Of a stretch of 64,000 nucleotides of DNA, positions 16,935 through 27,412 are shown piece by piece. The notes beneath the pieces were generated by a model. That model did not search any database. It was given only the letters and a program-made list of their open reading frames with translations, and was not told the DNA's origin. Position 1 is the first letter of the stretch; each line of letters opens with the position of its first letter. The translations under genes were made by a program, and so were the position numbers. Origin of the DNA: an uncultured Spirochaetota bacterium (lineage in GTDB: Bacteria; Spirochaetota; Spirochaetia; SZUA-6; Fen-1364); contig CAWGAA010000003.1 of the NCBI GenBank assembly GCA_963820525.1, forward strand, positions 480,001 through 544,000. Reading direction: 5' to 3'.

Positions 16935-18566
16935 GTGAAGATCGGCCTGGCCCAGATCAATCCGACCATTGGAGACTTCTCCGGAAACGGCGAGAAAGTC
17001 CTGAGATTCGCCAAAAAAGCGCGCGATGCCGGCTGCGCCCTGGTCGTGTTCCCCGAGCTGTGCCTCTGCGGCTATCCCCCCATGGACCTGCTGGAGCACG
17101 ACGCGTTCGTCGAGGAGAACCTCAAGGCCTTGCGGAGGGTGCAGCAGGAGGCGCCGGCCGGCATCGGGATCGTGGTGGGCTACGTGGACAGGAACCGCTC
17201 GCGCTCGGGCAAGGCGCTCCTCAACGCAGCTTCCCTCATTGCCGACGGGGAGATCCTCCATACCCAGGCCAAGACGCTCCTTCCCGCCTACGACGTGTTC
17301 GATGAGGCCCGATGGTTCGAGCCCGCGCAGGAGCGGAGAGCCGTCCCCTTCGAAGGCGAGCGGATCGGCATTGCCATCTGCGAGGATCTCTGGTGGGAGT
17401 CGGAGCCGGCCCCGGGGCTGCGCTACCCCGTGGATCCCGTGGCGGACCTCCTCGACTCCGGGGCCACGCTGATCGTATCTCCCTCGGCCTCCCCCTTTCA
17501 CGCCGAGAAGATGAAGGTGCGCCTGTCGCTTCTCTCGCGGATCGGCAAGAGCTCGGGAGTCCCCGCCGTGTACGTGAACACGGTTGGAGCCAACGACAGC
17601 CTCATATTCGACGGCCGCTCCATGGCCACGTCCGCGGACGGCAAGCTCGTGTATCTGGGCGCTGGATTCGAGGAGGACCTCGGAATCTTCGATACCTGCC
17701 AACCCGCCTCCGAGCTTTCACTCCCCGACGACACCTACGGGGAGATCGAGCGCGCCCTTGTGCTGGGAATCCGCGACTACGCGGCCAAGTGCGGCTTTTC
17801 CCGCGCTCACCTGGGGCTCTCCGGCGGTATAGATTCCGCCCTTGTCGCCGTCCTTGCCGTGGAGGCCTTGGGGCCGCAGAAGGTCGATCTCTTCGGGCTT
17901 CCCTCACGCTACTCTTCCGAGGGAAGCGTGGCGGACGCCAGGCAGCTTGCGGGAAACCTCGGACTGGAGCTGAAGCTCCTTTCCATCGAGGGGATCTTCG
18001 GCTCGTTCCTCGAGACCCTGGCCCCGGTTTTCCACGGAAAACCGCCCGACGTGACCGAGGAAAACATCCAGGCCCGCATCCGCGGAGTCCTGCTCATGGC
18101 GTACTCCAATAAGTTCAGCTCTCTCCTTCTGACAACGGGGAACAAGTCCGAGCTCGCCACGGGATATGCAACCCTCTACGGCGACATGTGCGGAGGCCTC
18201 GCCGTGATAGGGGACCTCCTGAAGACTCAGGTCTACGGTCTGGCGCGCTCGGTCAATGCCCGAAGGCCGCTCATCCCCGAGGCGATCCTCACCAAGGCCC
18301 CCTCGGCCGAGCTCCGCCCGAATCAGAAGGATCAGGACTCGCTTCCGCCGTACGAGACGCTGGACCGGATACTGGAGCTCTTCCTGCTGGAGAATAGAAG
18401 CGCGGAGGAAATAGGCCGTGAGGGCCTGGACGCCGAGCTGGCGCGCTCCGTGATCCGCATGGTGGAAAAAGCGGAATACAAACGGCGGCAGGCTCCGCCG
18501 GTTCTCAAGATCTCCCCGAAGGCTTTCGGGACCGGCCGGCGGATCCCGATCGCGAGGAAGCTTTAG
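16935..18566 (+). CDS. nadE: Glutamine-dependent NAD+ synthetase
   Basis: Nitrilase domain (FPEL, K, ICED) plus LSGGIDS, ENIQARIRG, TGNKSE, GYATLYGD, PSAELRPNQKD. Confidence 0.95.
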   Translation: MKIGLAQINPTIGDFSGNGEKVLRFAKKARDAGCALVVFPELCLCGYPPMDLLEHDAFVEENLKALRRVQQEAPAGIGIVVGYVDRNRSRSGKALLNAASLIADGEILHTQAKTLLPAYDVFDEARWFEPAQERRAVPFEGERIGIAICEDLWWESEPAPGLRYPVDPVADLLDSGATLIVSPSASPFHAEKMKVRLSLLSRIGKSSGVPAVYVNTVGANDSLIFDGRSMATSADGKLVYLGAGFEEDLGIFDTCQPASELSLPDDTYGEIERALVLGIRDYAAKCGFSRAHLGLSGGIDSALVAVLAVEALGPQKVDLFGLPSRYSSEGSVADARQLAGNLGLELKLLSIEGIFGSFLETLAPVFHGKPPDVTEENIQARIRGVLLMAYSNKFSSLLLTTGNKSELATGYATLYGDMCGGLAVIGDLLKTQVYGLARSVNARRPLIPEAILTKAPSAELRPNQKDQDSLPPYETLDRILELFLLENRSAEEIGREGLDAELARSVIRMVEKAEYKRRQAPPVLKISPKAFGTGRRIPIARKL

Positions 18567-20511
18567 GCGCCCTCTTCCCGCGCGGCTTTGTCTCCCTTCG
18601 GCCGGCAAGCCGCCGCTGGGCTCCGCCGGCCTTGCCGAAGCGCGGAAACTCCTCCAGCAGCCGCAGGGCGAAATCAGCCTCCCGAATCAGCCTTCGGGAG
18701 TCAACGGGGCCGACAACCCCCTCCTGCCACAGGGATGGCTTACCGCACGAAACCCACCGGATGTGCTGGAGGAACGCGGCGCCAAGGGGAGCGCCCCGAC
18801 TGAAACCCATGACCAGGCGTGCCAGCTCGAGGCTCGTCTCCCGTTGATCGGGGTGCCGGCATATCTCACCAAGGGACAAGAGCACATACGCCGCCTCGGC
18901 TCCGGCAAAGAGCAGCCGCTGGCGGTTGAACGAATCGGCGATCCCACCCAACGTGTCGACACTCCGATTCCCGGCCGGCCGGTTCAGGTGCACCCACGGA
19001 GCCAGAACGGAGAGATAGAGCGCCGCATCGACATCTTCCCTTCCAAGCCGGTCTATCTCCACTGCCATCCTCCCGCAGAGGAGCGCGGCACGGGAGTCAG
19101 CATCCCTCTCTTCGCGCCAGCGCGGTGGGCGATCGGGGCCCAAGGGGATCGAAAGAAAATCCGCCGCCAGAGCATCGAGCGCCCTCTTGTACTTGTCACG
19201 CCGCGTCGCCTCGAAGAGACGATGCAGGGGAAAGAGAATCTCGAGCCCCGAAAATCCCGACTCCGCGGGCAGCCGGTCTCCGGGAACATGCAGGGCTCCG
19301 GGCTTGAAAATCTTTTCCTTTTCGTCCAGGAAGAACTCGACGAACCTCACCGCCGCCAGCCGGTACTTTTCAGCCGGCATGCCTCTGGAAGCGAGCGCCT
19401 CTGAAAGGCGCAAAAGCCCATCCGCGATCGCCGAGGATTCCGCGATCGGGACACGGGGAGCCTCATCCGATTTTCGCGCCCGGCGGGCCGCTGGGGACAG
19501 GCAGCCCTTGGCCCCCTTCCACTCCCCCTCCTCGATCGAATACGTCTCAAAAAAAAGCCCCATCGGGTGCTGACCCCTGAGGCAGAAATCAGCCAGACGA
19601 AGTGCCGTCTCTGTCAGCTCGACATCGGAGGGAAAGAGCCGGATCAGGAGCAGCGCAAGGGAGATCCCGGCGGAAGCTGAAAGGCACGGGCTTGAGGGCG
19701 TCTCCCGAAGCCCCATGACGCCGCCGCTTTGATAGAGGTGGGTCCGAAGACAGGCGGCAAGCGCCGCCTTCCATTCCTCCAGATCGATTACCCCTTCGCG
19801 ATCCCCACTCCCGATGCCGAGCCTGGCGCAGGCCGCGCGGATGCCGCGAAGAACGATCTGCTCGCGCTCGGCAAAAACCACGTACAGCATCCGCTTCTTT
19901 TCCAGGCTTCCCGCCGAGGTTATCTCGGATTGCGCGGCATTGCGCGCATGCTCCCGCCTTTGTCCGGCTGCCGCCGGCCCAGCGAGAGCCGACTCCATGG
20001 GCGGTATCCTCACTTCCACCACAAGCGTGTCACCATCCTCACCCCTGCTGCGCCGCGCGCCGATGCTGGCAGAATCGCTTTCGTCCCCGGGCAGGCCGCT
20101 GAAAAGGAGGATGCCGCACGCCCCCGTGAAGAGGGCGAGCGCGGAAGGCAGTGACATCCTGTCGCCCGGCATGGCGCACGGCTCGGATGGCAAATCGGAA
20201 AGCAGCGCCGAACCGGGAAAGAGGCATGATTGCCGGTCATCCGAGACCGGGAAATCAGCCTCGAAGGAGAGCCGGAAGGCGCCGGGAGTCATGATGGACC
20301 AGCTGCGCTCGATCGTGAGCCCGAGTGGATCTTCCGATATCCGGTCGATGATGGTCGCAAAGAGAAAGAACGCCCGCGCCTCATCCCCGTCGAGCACAAT
20401 GCTCTCCGGCTCCCTTTCATGGCCGTTCCAGAAGATATGATACGAAAGCAGGAGGGTTCCCCCGTGAGACGCGATTTCAATCGTGCGGGAGCTTCGTTGC
20501 GTGATCTTCAA
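18505..20511 (-). CDS. Large hypothetical protein (beta-rich N-half, helical C-half)
   Basis: 668-aa ORF with no motif I recognise; 3' end overlaps nadE by 62 bp. Confidence 0.6.
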   Translation of the reverse strand: MKITQRSSRTIEIASHGGTLLLSYHIFWNGHEREPESIVLDGDEARAFFLFATIIDRISEDPLGLTIERSWSIMTPGAFRLSFEADFPVSDDRQSCLFPGSALLSDLPSEPCAMPGDRMSLPSALALFTGACGILLFSGLPGDESDSASIGARRSRGEDGDTLVVEVRIPPMESALAGPAAAGQRREHARNAAQSEITSAGSLEKKRMLYVVFAEREQIVLRGIRAACARLGIGSGDREGVIDLEEWKAALAACLRTHLYQSGGVMGLRETPSSPCLSASAGISLALLLIRLFPSDVELTETALRLADFCLRGQHPMGLFFETYSIEEGEWKGAKGCLSPAARRARKSDEAPRVPIAESSAIADGLLRLSEALASRGMPAEKYRLAAVRFVEFFLDEKEKIFKPGALHVPGDRLPAESGFSGLEILFPLHRLFEATRRDKYKRALDALAADFLSIPLGPDRPPRWREERDADSRAALLCGRMAVEIDRLGREDVDAALYLSVLAPWVHLNRPAGNRSVDTLGGIADSFNRQRLLFAGAEAAYVLLSLGEICRHPDQRETSLELARLVMGFSRGAPLGAAFLQHIRWVSCGKPSLWQEGVVGPVDSRRLIREADFALRLLEEFPRFGKAGGAQRRLAGRRETKPRGKRAPKASSRSGSAGRSRKPSGRS

Positions 20512-20656
20512 GGCCGTGTACCGTCGGCGCCATCATAGTCGAGAGGGCCGACGTTAGCAATCGCGCGCGCCTGAGATCTCGCGGCGGCTCTTCGCTCTCC
20601 GGTGACGCCGAGCACCCACCGTGGGGTTGAATGGGCACACCCAATGGAGCACATCA

Positions 20657-21236
20657 TTGAGACACCATCGAATCATCCTTGCCGCAGCTGTACTTTTGGC
20701 AATCTCCATCTCAGAGTCGTGGGCGGCGGTCGCCGAGGAGGGCCGGGCTGAAGCGCTCTCGCCGGTAAAGTCGATTTTCTCCTTTGACGCCGGGTACATC
20801 TCCGACGGAGGATCCGCCAACGGCACCGCTGCCGCCTTCAGAACCGCGACCTTCTTCGGAGGCTCCGATTTCTATTGGGGATTCGCTTCGATGTTCGGAT
20901 CTTTCATCACGACCGGCCAGGCGATCTTCGAATCGGGAGCCGTCTTCGGATACTTCGCCTGCAAGCGTGAGCCTCTTTGTCACGGGCGGCCGCGTTGACA
21001 CGACGACGATGCTCTTCCGGGGGGACGCCCCCGCAGTCCAGCCTTCTCTCGGAATCAGCTTCCCCCAGTCCAGCGATATCGGAGTCCGGCTGAGCTTCGC
21101 CCCGGTGATACGCCCGTACGACCTTCAATCGGGGAAATGGGATTTCTCGCGCAGTTATCTCGTTTTTTCACTCTCCCTCGAATCGAGAAGCTATTCCAAG
21201 GTATCACCCCGCCGCTGGGCTGAGAGAAACAATTGA
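20657..21236 (+). pseudogene. Secreted or outer-membrane beta-strand protein split across two frames
   Basis: Signal peptide and amphipathic strands in ORF 20621-20998 continue in the frame of 20784-21236 after about 20960. Confidence 0.45.
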
Positions 21237-21261
21237 GGCGTCACAGGCGACAGGCGCCCTT

Positions 21262-22158
21262 TCAGCCCGAGGATTCATGCAGGAGGTACCTGCCCTCGAT
21301 ACGCACCGTGGCGGCGCCGCCGAAATAGATTCGCGGGATGCCCTCCTCCTGCAGACAGCGAAGGCGCACCCTATTGGGGTTCTGCCGCGAGGGACCCTGC
21401 TCCAGGCACAGGGGACCATTCCAAAGACCCTGCCTGAGAAGATAATAGCCGAAGGCCGCATTGCCGGATCCGGTGGCCGGATCTTCCAGGTACCCGAACG
21501 CAGGAGCGAAGACCCGAGCCCGCCAGGCGCAGTCCGCCCGCGCGGTTTCCTTCGAGCTCACGTGGATGATATCGATTCCGTTGGCAAGAGAGAAACTTCG
21601 AAGCTCTTCCTGTCGGGGCGAAAGCGCCAGGCATGTCTCCAGGCCTTTCACGGGGACGATGAGAGTGCGGAGCCCTCCATCGATCAGAGCGCACGGCAAG
21701 GTATCTTCACGATCCTTTCTCTCCAATCCCAGGCTCGCGCGGATCGCATCTTCCCCGACGGGAAGCTCCAGATACCGGGCCGCGGGGGCCTGGATATAGA
21801 CGGCGTCCTCCGCTTCGATGAAGTTCAATGCCTTCAAGGCGCCGGCACGAACGAAAAAAGTGAGCGCTTCCCGCTTTCCCAGCTCGGGGTCCTGCTTCAG
21901 CAGATCGTAGAGGATGGCGACGCTCGCGTGGCCGCAGAAAGCCACTTCCCGCTCCGAAGAGAAGTAACGGATGCGCCACGAATCCCCCTCTCGGACCGTG
22001 AATCCTACCTCGCTGACAAAGCCTTTCAGCTCCGAGGCGATGCGCTGCATCTCCGCCTCGGCGAGCTCCGCACCCGTCATGTCGATGTAGCCGGCAGGGT
22101 TGCCGGCCGCCTCGCCCTGGGCGAATGCGTCGAGCTTCTTGAACGGCAAAGACTTCAT
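21262..22158 (-). CDS. PhzF-family (DAP-epimerase fold) protein
   Basis: DAF...GNPA, SE, EVAFCGHA, EDPATGSGN. Confidence 0.92.
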   Translation of the reverse strand: MKSLPFKKLDAFAQGEAAGNPAGYIDMTGAELAEAEMQRIASELKGFVSEVGFTVREGDSWRIRYFSSEREVAFCGHASVAILYDLLKQDPELGKREALTFFVRAGALKALNFIEAEDAVYIQAPAARYLELPVGEDAIRASLGLERKDREDTLPCALIDGGLRTLIVPVKGLETCLALSPRQEELRSFSLANGIDIIHVSSKETARADCAWRARVFAPAFGYLEDPATGSGNAAFGYYLLRQGLWNGPLCLEQGPSRQNPNRVRLRCLQEEGIPRIYFGGAATVRIEGRYLLHESSG

Positions 22159-22237
22159 ATCGTAGTCTCCATCTTCCCGTGGGAGCGTGATTGTATTAAA
22201 ACAATCTCACGAAGGCAAGGAGAAAGGAGCCCGCGCA

Positions 22238-23641
22238 ATGGGGCAGATCAAGGATATCGGCGAGCTTCTTCGTGCTCAGGCCCGGGATGATTCCCTCTTC
22301 GAGCAGGCAAAGGAATGCGCGCTCAGCTACATGCGATCGATCGGAGATCGGCCGGTCTATCCCACGGAGGAAGCCCTCAAGGGGCTTTCATCCCTGGAGG
22401 GGGAACTGCCGCAAGATCCGACAGACGCCGGACAGATCCTCGAGATATTGCATCGGACGGGATCTCCCGCCACCGTGGCTCAGACCGGCGGCAGGTATTT
22501 CGGGTTTGTAAACGGCGGAATCATTGCCGCCGCACTCGCCGCCAAGTGGCTCGCCGATGCCTGGGACCAGAACGCGGCCCTGTACGTCATCTCGCCGGCC
22601 GTCTCGGTCCTGGAGAGCGTGTGCGAAGGGTGGCTGACGGATCTCCTCGGCCTGCCGCCGGGCACGGCCGCGGGATTTGTCAGCGGAACTTCCACGGCGA
22701 CGCTCTGCGGTCTTGCGGCGGGCAGGGACGAGCTTTTGAGGCGGCGGGGGTGGGACGCTGGCGCGCGGGGCCTCTTCGGCGCTCCCGAAATCCAGGTTGT
22801 CATTGGAGCCCAGGCCCATTCGACGGTGTACAAGGCCCTCTCGCTATTGGGGCTGGGCAGGGAGCGGATCACGGTGGTCCCGGCGGACGGCCAGGGCAGG
22901 ATCATGCCGGACGGAATGCCGAAGCTGGACGATCGGACGCTGCTCGTCCTTCAGGCAGGCAATGTCAATTCGGGCGCCTTTGACCCATTCGCCAAGATAT
23001 GTCAAAGCGCCCGCACGTCGGGGACCTGGGTGCACGTGGACGGCGCCTTCGGCCTGTGGGCCGCCGCATCTGAAAAACGCAGGCACCTCACGGAGGGCAT
23101 GCACCTGGCCGATTCATGGTCCGCGGACGCGCACAAGACCCTGAACGCGCCGTACGACAACGGAATCGTGTTCTGCAGGGACCGGGAAACGATTACCCGG
23201 GCCATGCACATGAGCGGCTCCTACATCGCATACAGCGAGAATCGGGACGGGATGCGCTATACTCCCGACATGTCGCGGCGGGGGCGGGCCGTGGAGCTGT
23301 GGGCCACGCTCATGGCGCTTGGCCGCGGGGGCGTGGCGGCGCTCGTGGATGAGCTGTGCGACAAGGCCGCGCTTTTCGCCGAAGGGCTCCGGAGGGAAGG
23401 CTTCACCATCCGCAACGAGGTCTGCTTCAACCAGGTGCTCGTATCCTGCGATTCGCCGCGGATCACCAGCGCAACCCTGGCCAACATCCAGGGCTCCGGT
23501 GTATGCTGGTGCGGCGGGGCCGTATGGGAGGGTGAGCCTGTCATCAGGATCAGCGTCTGCTCCTACGTGACCAGCCGACAAGACATCGAGCGTTCCATCA
23601 AGGCCTTCGTGAAGGCCCGGGAGAAGGCCCGCGCCGGCTGA
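22238..23641 (+). CDS. Group II PLP-dependent amino acid decarboxylase
   Basis: RYFGFVNGG, HVDGAFG, SWSADAHKTLN; start ATG 22238 (AAAGGAG RBS). Confidence 0.9.
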   Translation: MGQIKDIGELLRAQARDDSLFEQAKECALSYMRSIGDRPVYPTEEALKGLSSLEGELPQDPTDAGQILEILHRTGSPATVAQTGGRYFGFVNGGIIAAALAAKWLADAWDQNAALYVISPAVSVLESVCEGWLTDLLGLPPGTAAGFVSGTSTATLCGLAAGRDELLRRRGWDAGARGLFGAPEIQVVIGAQAHSTVYKALSLLGLGRERITVVPADGQGRIMPDGMPKLDDRTLLVLQAGNVNSGAFDPFAKICQSARTSGTWVHVDGAFGLWAAASEKRRHLTEGMHLADSWSADAHKTLNAPYDNGIVFCRDRETITRAMHMSGSYIAYSENRDGMRYTPDMSRRGRAVELWATLMALGRGGVAALVDELCDKAALFAEGLRREGFTIRNEVCFNQVLVSCDSPRITSATLANIQGSGVCWCGGAVWEGEPVIRISVCSYVTSRQDIERSIKAFVKAREKARAG

Positions 23642-23683
23642 TCGCTCAAGTGAGTTCACGGGAAGCGTCGGTCCTCATTCGAG

Positions 23684-24010
23684 GTGACGTCGGCTCCGCC
23701 CGCCGGGGTTACAATCAACTCCCTCTTCAATCAGGAGGCGGGCCGCCAGACTCTCTGGGGACCGTTCGCCGGGCTGGGTGCCACCGCCGCATGGGAAGGC
23801 TGGAACGGCGGCGCCTCTGTGTCCGTCCTTACGGGAGGCCCCGCGGCGGAGGCGGGCTGCCGGCTCGTGTTCGGTGACCATGGATTGTTCCTGGAGCCCT
23901 ACCTCGGATGGATGGCGTTCTTCGGAGCCCGGATGGAGAGCGGCACATCGCTCGCCTTCTCCTTCGCCAACGGCATGTTCGGCGGCCTTTCCCTCGGATA
24001 CAGATTCTAA
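23684..24010 (+). pseudogene. C-terminal fragment of an outer-membrane beta-barrel protein
   Basis: Amphipathic strands ending GLSLGYRF; no signal peptide. Confidence 0.45.
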
Positions 24011-24025
24011 AGCCGAAGCGGCCGC

Positions 24026-24395
24026 TTACGGGCTGATCTCGAAGTCCGTGCCGCGGGGCGCATTCTCAGCCGCGCCGAGCCGGCGATCCACGCAGAAGAC
24101 GGGTATCCCGGATCGCCTGATCGATGAGCCGGCCCTGGACGTCACGGTCGTCGTCATGGCCCGCTACCCGGGCGTCGTAGCCCAGCCGCTGTGCCTCGGC
24201 CTTCGCGCTTTGCGCCATGGCGGAATAAAACGGGTTATCCAGCGAAACGGCGATAATGGCCATGAGCTTCCTGCCGGCCCCTGCCTGCTCGTTTTGGCCG
24301 TTGGCCGAAAGCCGGAAAGCTGCAAAAAAAAATACCGCCATTGCTAATAGGAGAATCCGGCGGCGCGGGCCGGGTGTCACGCGTTTTCCGGCCAT
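24026..24395 (-). pseudogene. Remnant of a ribose/erythritol-type sugar ABC binding protein
   Basis: Signal plus ANGQNE, then LDNPFY...LGY...HDDD..Q..LIDQAI; a frameshift leads to GIPVFCVDR and then an unrelated tail ENAPRGTDFEISP*. Confidence 0.7.
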
Positions 24396-24859
24396 GCCCC
24401 CAGCATCCTCCTCACCTCGACGAGCTGGCCGAGGTGATAGGAGTTGTGATCGATGACGAGCAGCGCCTCGCGCAGGAGGTTCTGGCCGTCGCCGTGCGGG
24501 AAGGGGGCGAACATGTCGTTCCTGGAGTCCTGGACCAGGCCGATCATCGCTTTCAGGTCCGCTCTGAACTTGGCGAGCGTTTCCCCCCACAGGGCGGCCG
24601 ATTTGGGCCTGGCCTCGGCAGGCCAATACTCCGCCGGCCATGCCGGGGATTTGTGCGATGGGTCCCTGCTGAACTCCAGGATGTCCCACTGCGCTATCCA
24701 CAAATGGTAGACGATCTGCCAGGCCGTGTGAGGCAGATTCTCGATCCGCTTCCCGATGAGCTCGACGGGAAACCCGCTTACCACGTTGTCGAAGCTGATG
24801 TGCGCTCCATGACCCTTCATATGTTTAATGAGCTGCTCGCGAAGAATTGCATCGCTCAT
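24377..24859 (-). CDS. DinB-family protein
   Basis: GAH, TAWQIVYHLWIAQWDILEF, LREALLVIDHNSYHLGQ; start ATG 24859. Confidence 0.88.
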   Translation of the reverse strand: MSDAILREQLIKHMKGHGAHISFDNVVSGFPVELIGKRIENLPHTAWQIVYHLWIAQWDILEFSRDPSHKSPAWPAEYWPAEARPKSAALWGETLAKFRADLKAMIGLVQDSRNDMFAPFPHGDGQNLLREALLVIDHNSYHLGQLVEVRRMLGAWPENA

Positions 24860-24909
24860 AGAAAGAATGTACTGCCGGAAAGCCTCCGGCGTGGAAATCG
24901 ACCCCCTGG

Positions 24910-25051
24910 CCTCTTCCTCTCCCTGCACGCGGCCGTGAAGTTCGTTCTCCTGTTCGCCATCGGAACGAGCGTGACCTTTCTCATCGGCGAGCTGGTGATG
25001 AAACGGATACCGCTCACCCGGCGCGTTTTCTACGATGTCAAAGGAAAAGGG
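24910..25051 (+). pseudogene. C-terminal scrap of an acyltransferase-3-like membrane protein (approximate limits)
   Basis: LHAAVKFVLLFAIGTSVTFLIGELVMKRIPLTRRVF, with no start or upstream body. Confidence 0.45.
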
Positions 25052-25091
25052 GTGAGCTCCATAGCTGCGGCTGACGCGGCGCCGCCCGCAA

Positions 25092-26414
25092 TCACCGGCG
25101 CAGCGGCCTTTCGTTCGCGGCAAGCTGGGAAAGCTTCTGGGCCGAACGGATCACGTCGAGCCTTCCGCTCTCCCGCAGCAGCGCCTCGGGCGCCTGCGTA
25201 TGGGAGTTGTAGTTGAACGGCGACATGCTTGCGCAGTACGCGCCGCACCCGCCCACAACCAGAAGGTCGCCCACCTGGGGCCTGGCCATGAGACGGGGCA
25301 CGATACGCCCTTCAGCGTCGAGGCTCTGGGAATCCCCGCTCTCGCAGCAGCGGCCCACCACAATCCGAAGGTGCCCCTCGGGGTCCAGCCCGCCCAGGTC
25401 GAACTCGGATGACAGAAGCTCGCCGCCTCGGGAAACCACGAAGAACGGATGCCGCGAGCCGTACAAAAGCGGCCGTGTGTTGGTCTCCATGCCGCCGTCG
25501 CAGACCAGAAACTCGAAGCCATCCGGCCCCGTGCGCTTGATGTCGATCACGCTCGTGACCAGGTATCCCGCGTTGGCCGTCACGAAGGTTCCCGGCTCCA
25601 CCTCCATGACGAGCTTCCTGCCCGTGCGGCCATGGAACTCCGCGATCCTGTCCCGTGCGTATTCCCCCAGCGCTTTCACATCTGCCTGCGTCTCGTCGGG
25701 CATCCGGGCTACCCGAAGGCCGCCGCCGAAGCTCACCCGCACGGCATCCGGGAAGGAGCGCTCTACGAAGCCAAGCTCCCTGTCCACGTTCTCCCGCCAC
25801 TTGGCCGGGTCCCCGCCGGAGCCGATGTGCACGTGCACGCAGTCGATCTTCACGCCCTTCTCCCGCGCAAGGGCGAGCGCCGCCTCAAGGTCGGAGAGGT
25901 GAACGCCGAAACAGGAGTACTTGTCCCCCGTGTTTCGCGTGGACGACTCTCCCGAGCCGACGCCGGGGTGCACGCGCAGGGAAAGGCCGATCCGCTTGGC
26001 CGCCGCGAAATCGGCCGCGAGCATGAGCTGGCGAAGCGAGCAGACGTTGTACTTCATTCCCTGGAGCATCAGGCGCTCAAGCTCCGCCCGATCGCCTCCC
26101 CGGGGCACCTCCTGGGTCGTGAGCATGATCTTTGCGGACGCAATACCTGCGGCGCGGGCGCGGCGCGCCTCGCTGAGGGAGCTTGCGTCGATGCCGAAGC
26201 CCTCCGAGGCGACGATCTGCAGGATGGCTTTGGACGAGTTGGCCTTCATTGCGAAGCGCGGCTCCACGCCGAAGGCGGCCGGCATCGAAGCAACCTCGCG
26301 GCAGCGCTCGCGGATGGCGCGCTCATCGTAGAGGTAAAGCGGGGTGCCCAGGGCGCGCGCCGCCCGCGCCGCATCGGCGGACGTCACGTACCCCTTTGCC
26401 AAGGCTTTCGGCAT
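25092..26414 (-). CDS. lysA: Diaminopimelate decarboxylase
   Basis: TPLYLYDE, FAMKANS, HVHIGSG, FGGG, EPGT, CESGD, GAYC, NYNS; start ATG 26414. Confidence 0.92.
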   Translation of the reverse strand: MPKALAKGYVTSADAARAARALGTPLYLYDERAIRERCREVASMPAAFGVEPRFAMKANSSKAILQIVASEGFGIDASSLSEARRARAAGIASAKIMLTTQEVPRGGDRAELERLMLQGMKYNVCSLRQLMLAADFAAAKRIGLSLRVHPGVGSGESSTRNTGDKYSCFGVHLSDLEAALALAREKGVKIDCVHVHIGSGGDPAKWRENVDRELGFVERSFPDAVRVSFGGGLRVARMPDETQADVKALGEYARDRIAEFHGRTGRKLVMEVEPGTFVTANAGYLVTSVIDIKRTGPDGFEFLVCDGGMETNTRPLLYGSRHPFFVVSRGGELLSSEFDLGGLDPEGHLRIVVGRCCESGDSQSLDAEGRIVPRLMARPQVGDLLVVGGCGAYCASMSPFNYNSHTQAPEALLRESGRLDVIRSAQKLSQLAANERPLRR

Positions 26415-26425
26415 GCGGCTGCCTC

Positions 26426-27412
26426 CTACATGTACTTCTCGCGAAGCTCCTCGCGGCTTCTGGGGCTCAGGTACGCGGCCGGGATGTCGAGGATTGTGAA
26501 CGCGCCGGCCTTTCGCTCCTTCTTCAGCCTGAAAGCGGCCCGCGCGTGGGCGAGCAGGATATTGCCCGTAGCCTCGGGGTTGCTTCCCCACTCGCAGCGG
26601 TATTCGGTCAGGGCCTTGTTGCCGCCGCCGGTCTTTCCCGTTGCCAGAACGAAGCCGGCGTGCGGGTAGGCGGCGTGATCCCGCTTCATCTCCTCCGCGG
26701 AGATGAAGACCACCTCCGTGTCGTAATCCGCATAGTAGTTGGGCATCCGCTTGATCTCATCCGAGATCCGCGTCTTGTCGGCCCCATCCTCCGCGACGAC
26801 GTAGACGAGCCGCGTGTGCTTCTCGCGGACCGAAAGCACGGGGCTCTGGCCGGAGCGCACCCGCTCCAGGGCAGCCGGGATCGGGATCGTATACTGCCGG
26901 GCGTCTTTCACGCCGGGTACGTGGCGCGCCGCATCGGAGTGGCCCTGGCTCACTCCCCTGCCCCAAAAGGTGTAGTGGGAAGCGGCCGGGATGAAAGCAT
27001 CCGCGAGGACCCGCTCCAGGGAGAATATGCCCGGGTCCCAACCGGTGGAGATCACGCACACATTCCCAGCCCGGCGGCCGATATCATCCATCTTCTTGAA
27101 GTAGGCGGGGATATCGTGGTGGGTATCGAAGCTGTCAACCGTGGAGAAAAACCGGGCATAGAAAGGGCCCTGCTCCGGCAGGTCCACGGCGGACCCGCCG
27201 CACAGGACGGCAACGTCGGCCTTGAGCTTCCCCTTCCAGGCCTTCTCCTCGGCCGCAAAAACCTCGGCCTCCTGCGCCTCCCTCTTCACCCTCGCGGGAT
27301 CGCGGGAGATGATCCCGGCCAGAACCGTGTCCGGGTTGTTCTTGATGGACCACAGAACGCCGCGCCCCACGTTGCCGAACCCGACGATAGCCACCCTGAT
27401 TCTCTCCGCCAT
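26426..27412 (-). CDS. ddh: meso-Diaminopimelate dehydrogenase
   Basis: GFGNVG, LCGGSAVDL, DSFDTH, GWDPG, TFWGRGVSQGHSDA; start ATG 27412. Confidence 0.93.
   Translation of the reverse strand: MAERIRVAIVGFGNVGRGVLWSIKNNPDTVLAGIISRDPARVKREAQEAEVFAAEEKAWKGKLKADVAVLCGGSAVDLPEQGPFYARFFSTVDSFDTHHDIPAYFKKMDDIGRRAGNVCVISTGWDPGIFSLERVLADAFIPAASHYTFWGRGVSQGHSDAARHVPGVKDARQYTIPIPAALERVRSGQSPVLSVREKHTRLVYVVAEDGADKTRISDEIKRMPNYYADYDTEVVFISAEEMKRDHAAYPHAGFVLATGKTGGGNKALTEYRCEWGSNPEATGNILLAHARAAFRLKKERKAGAFTILDIPAAYLSPRSREELREKYM

Noticed and set aside
21262..22158. Phenazine biosynthesis cluster
   Set aside because: Lone PhzF-family gene; no other phz genes.
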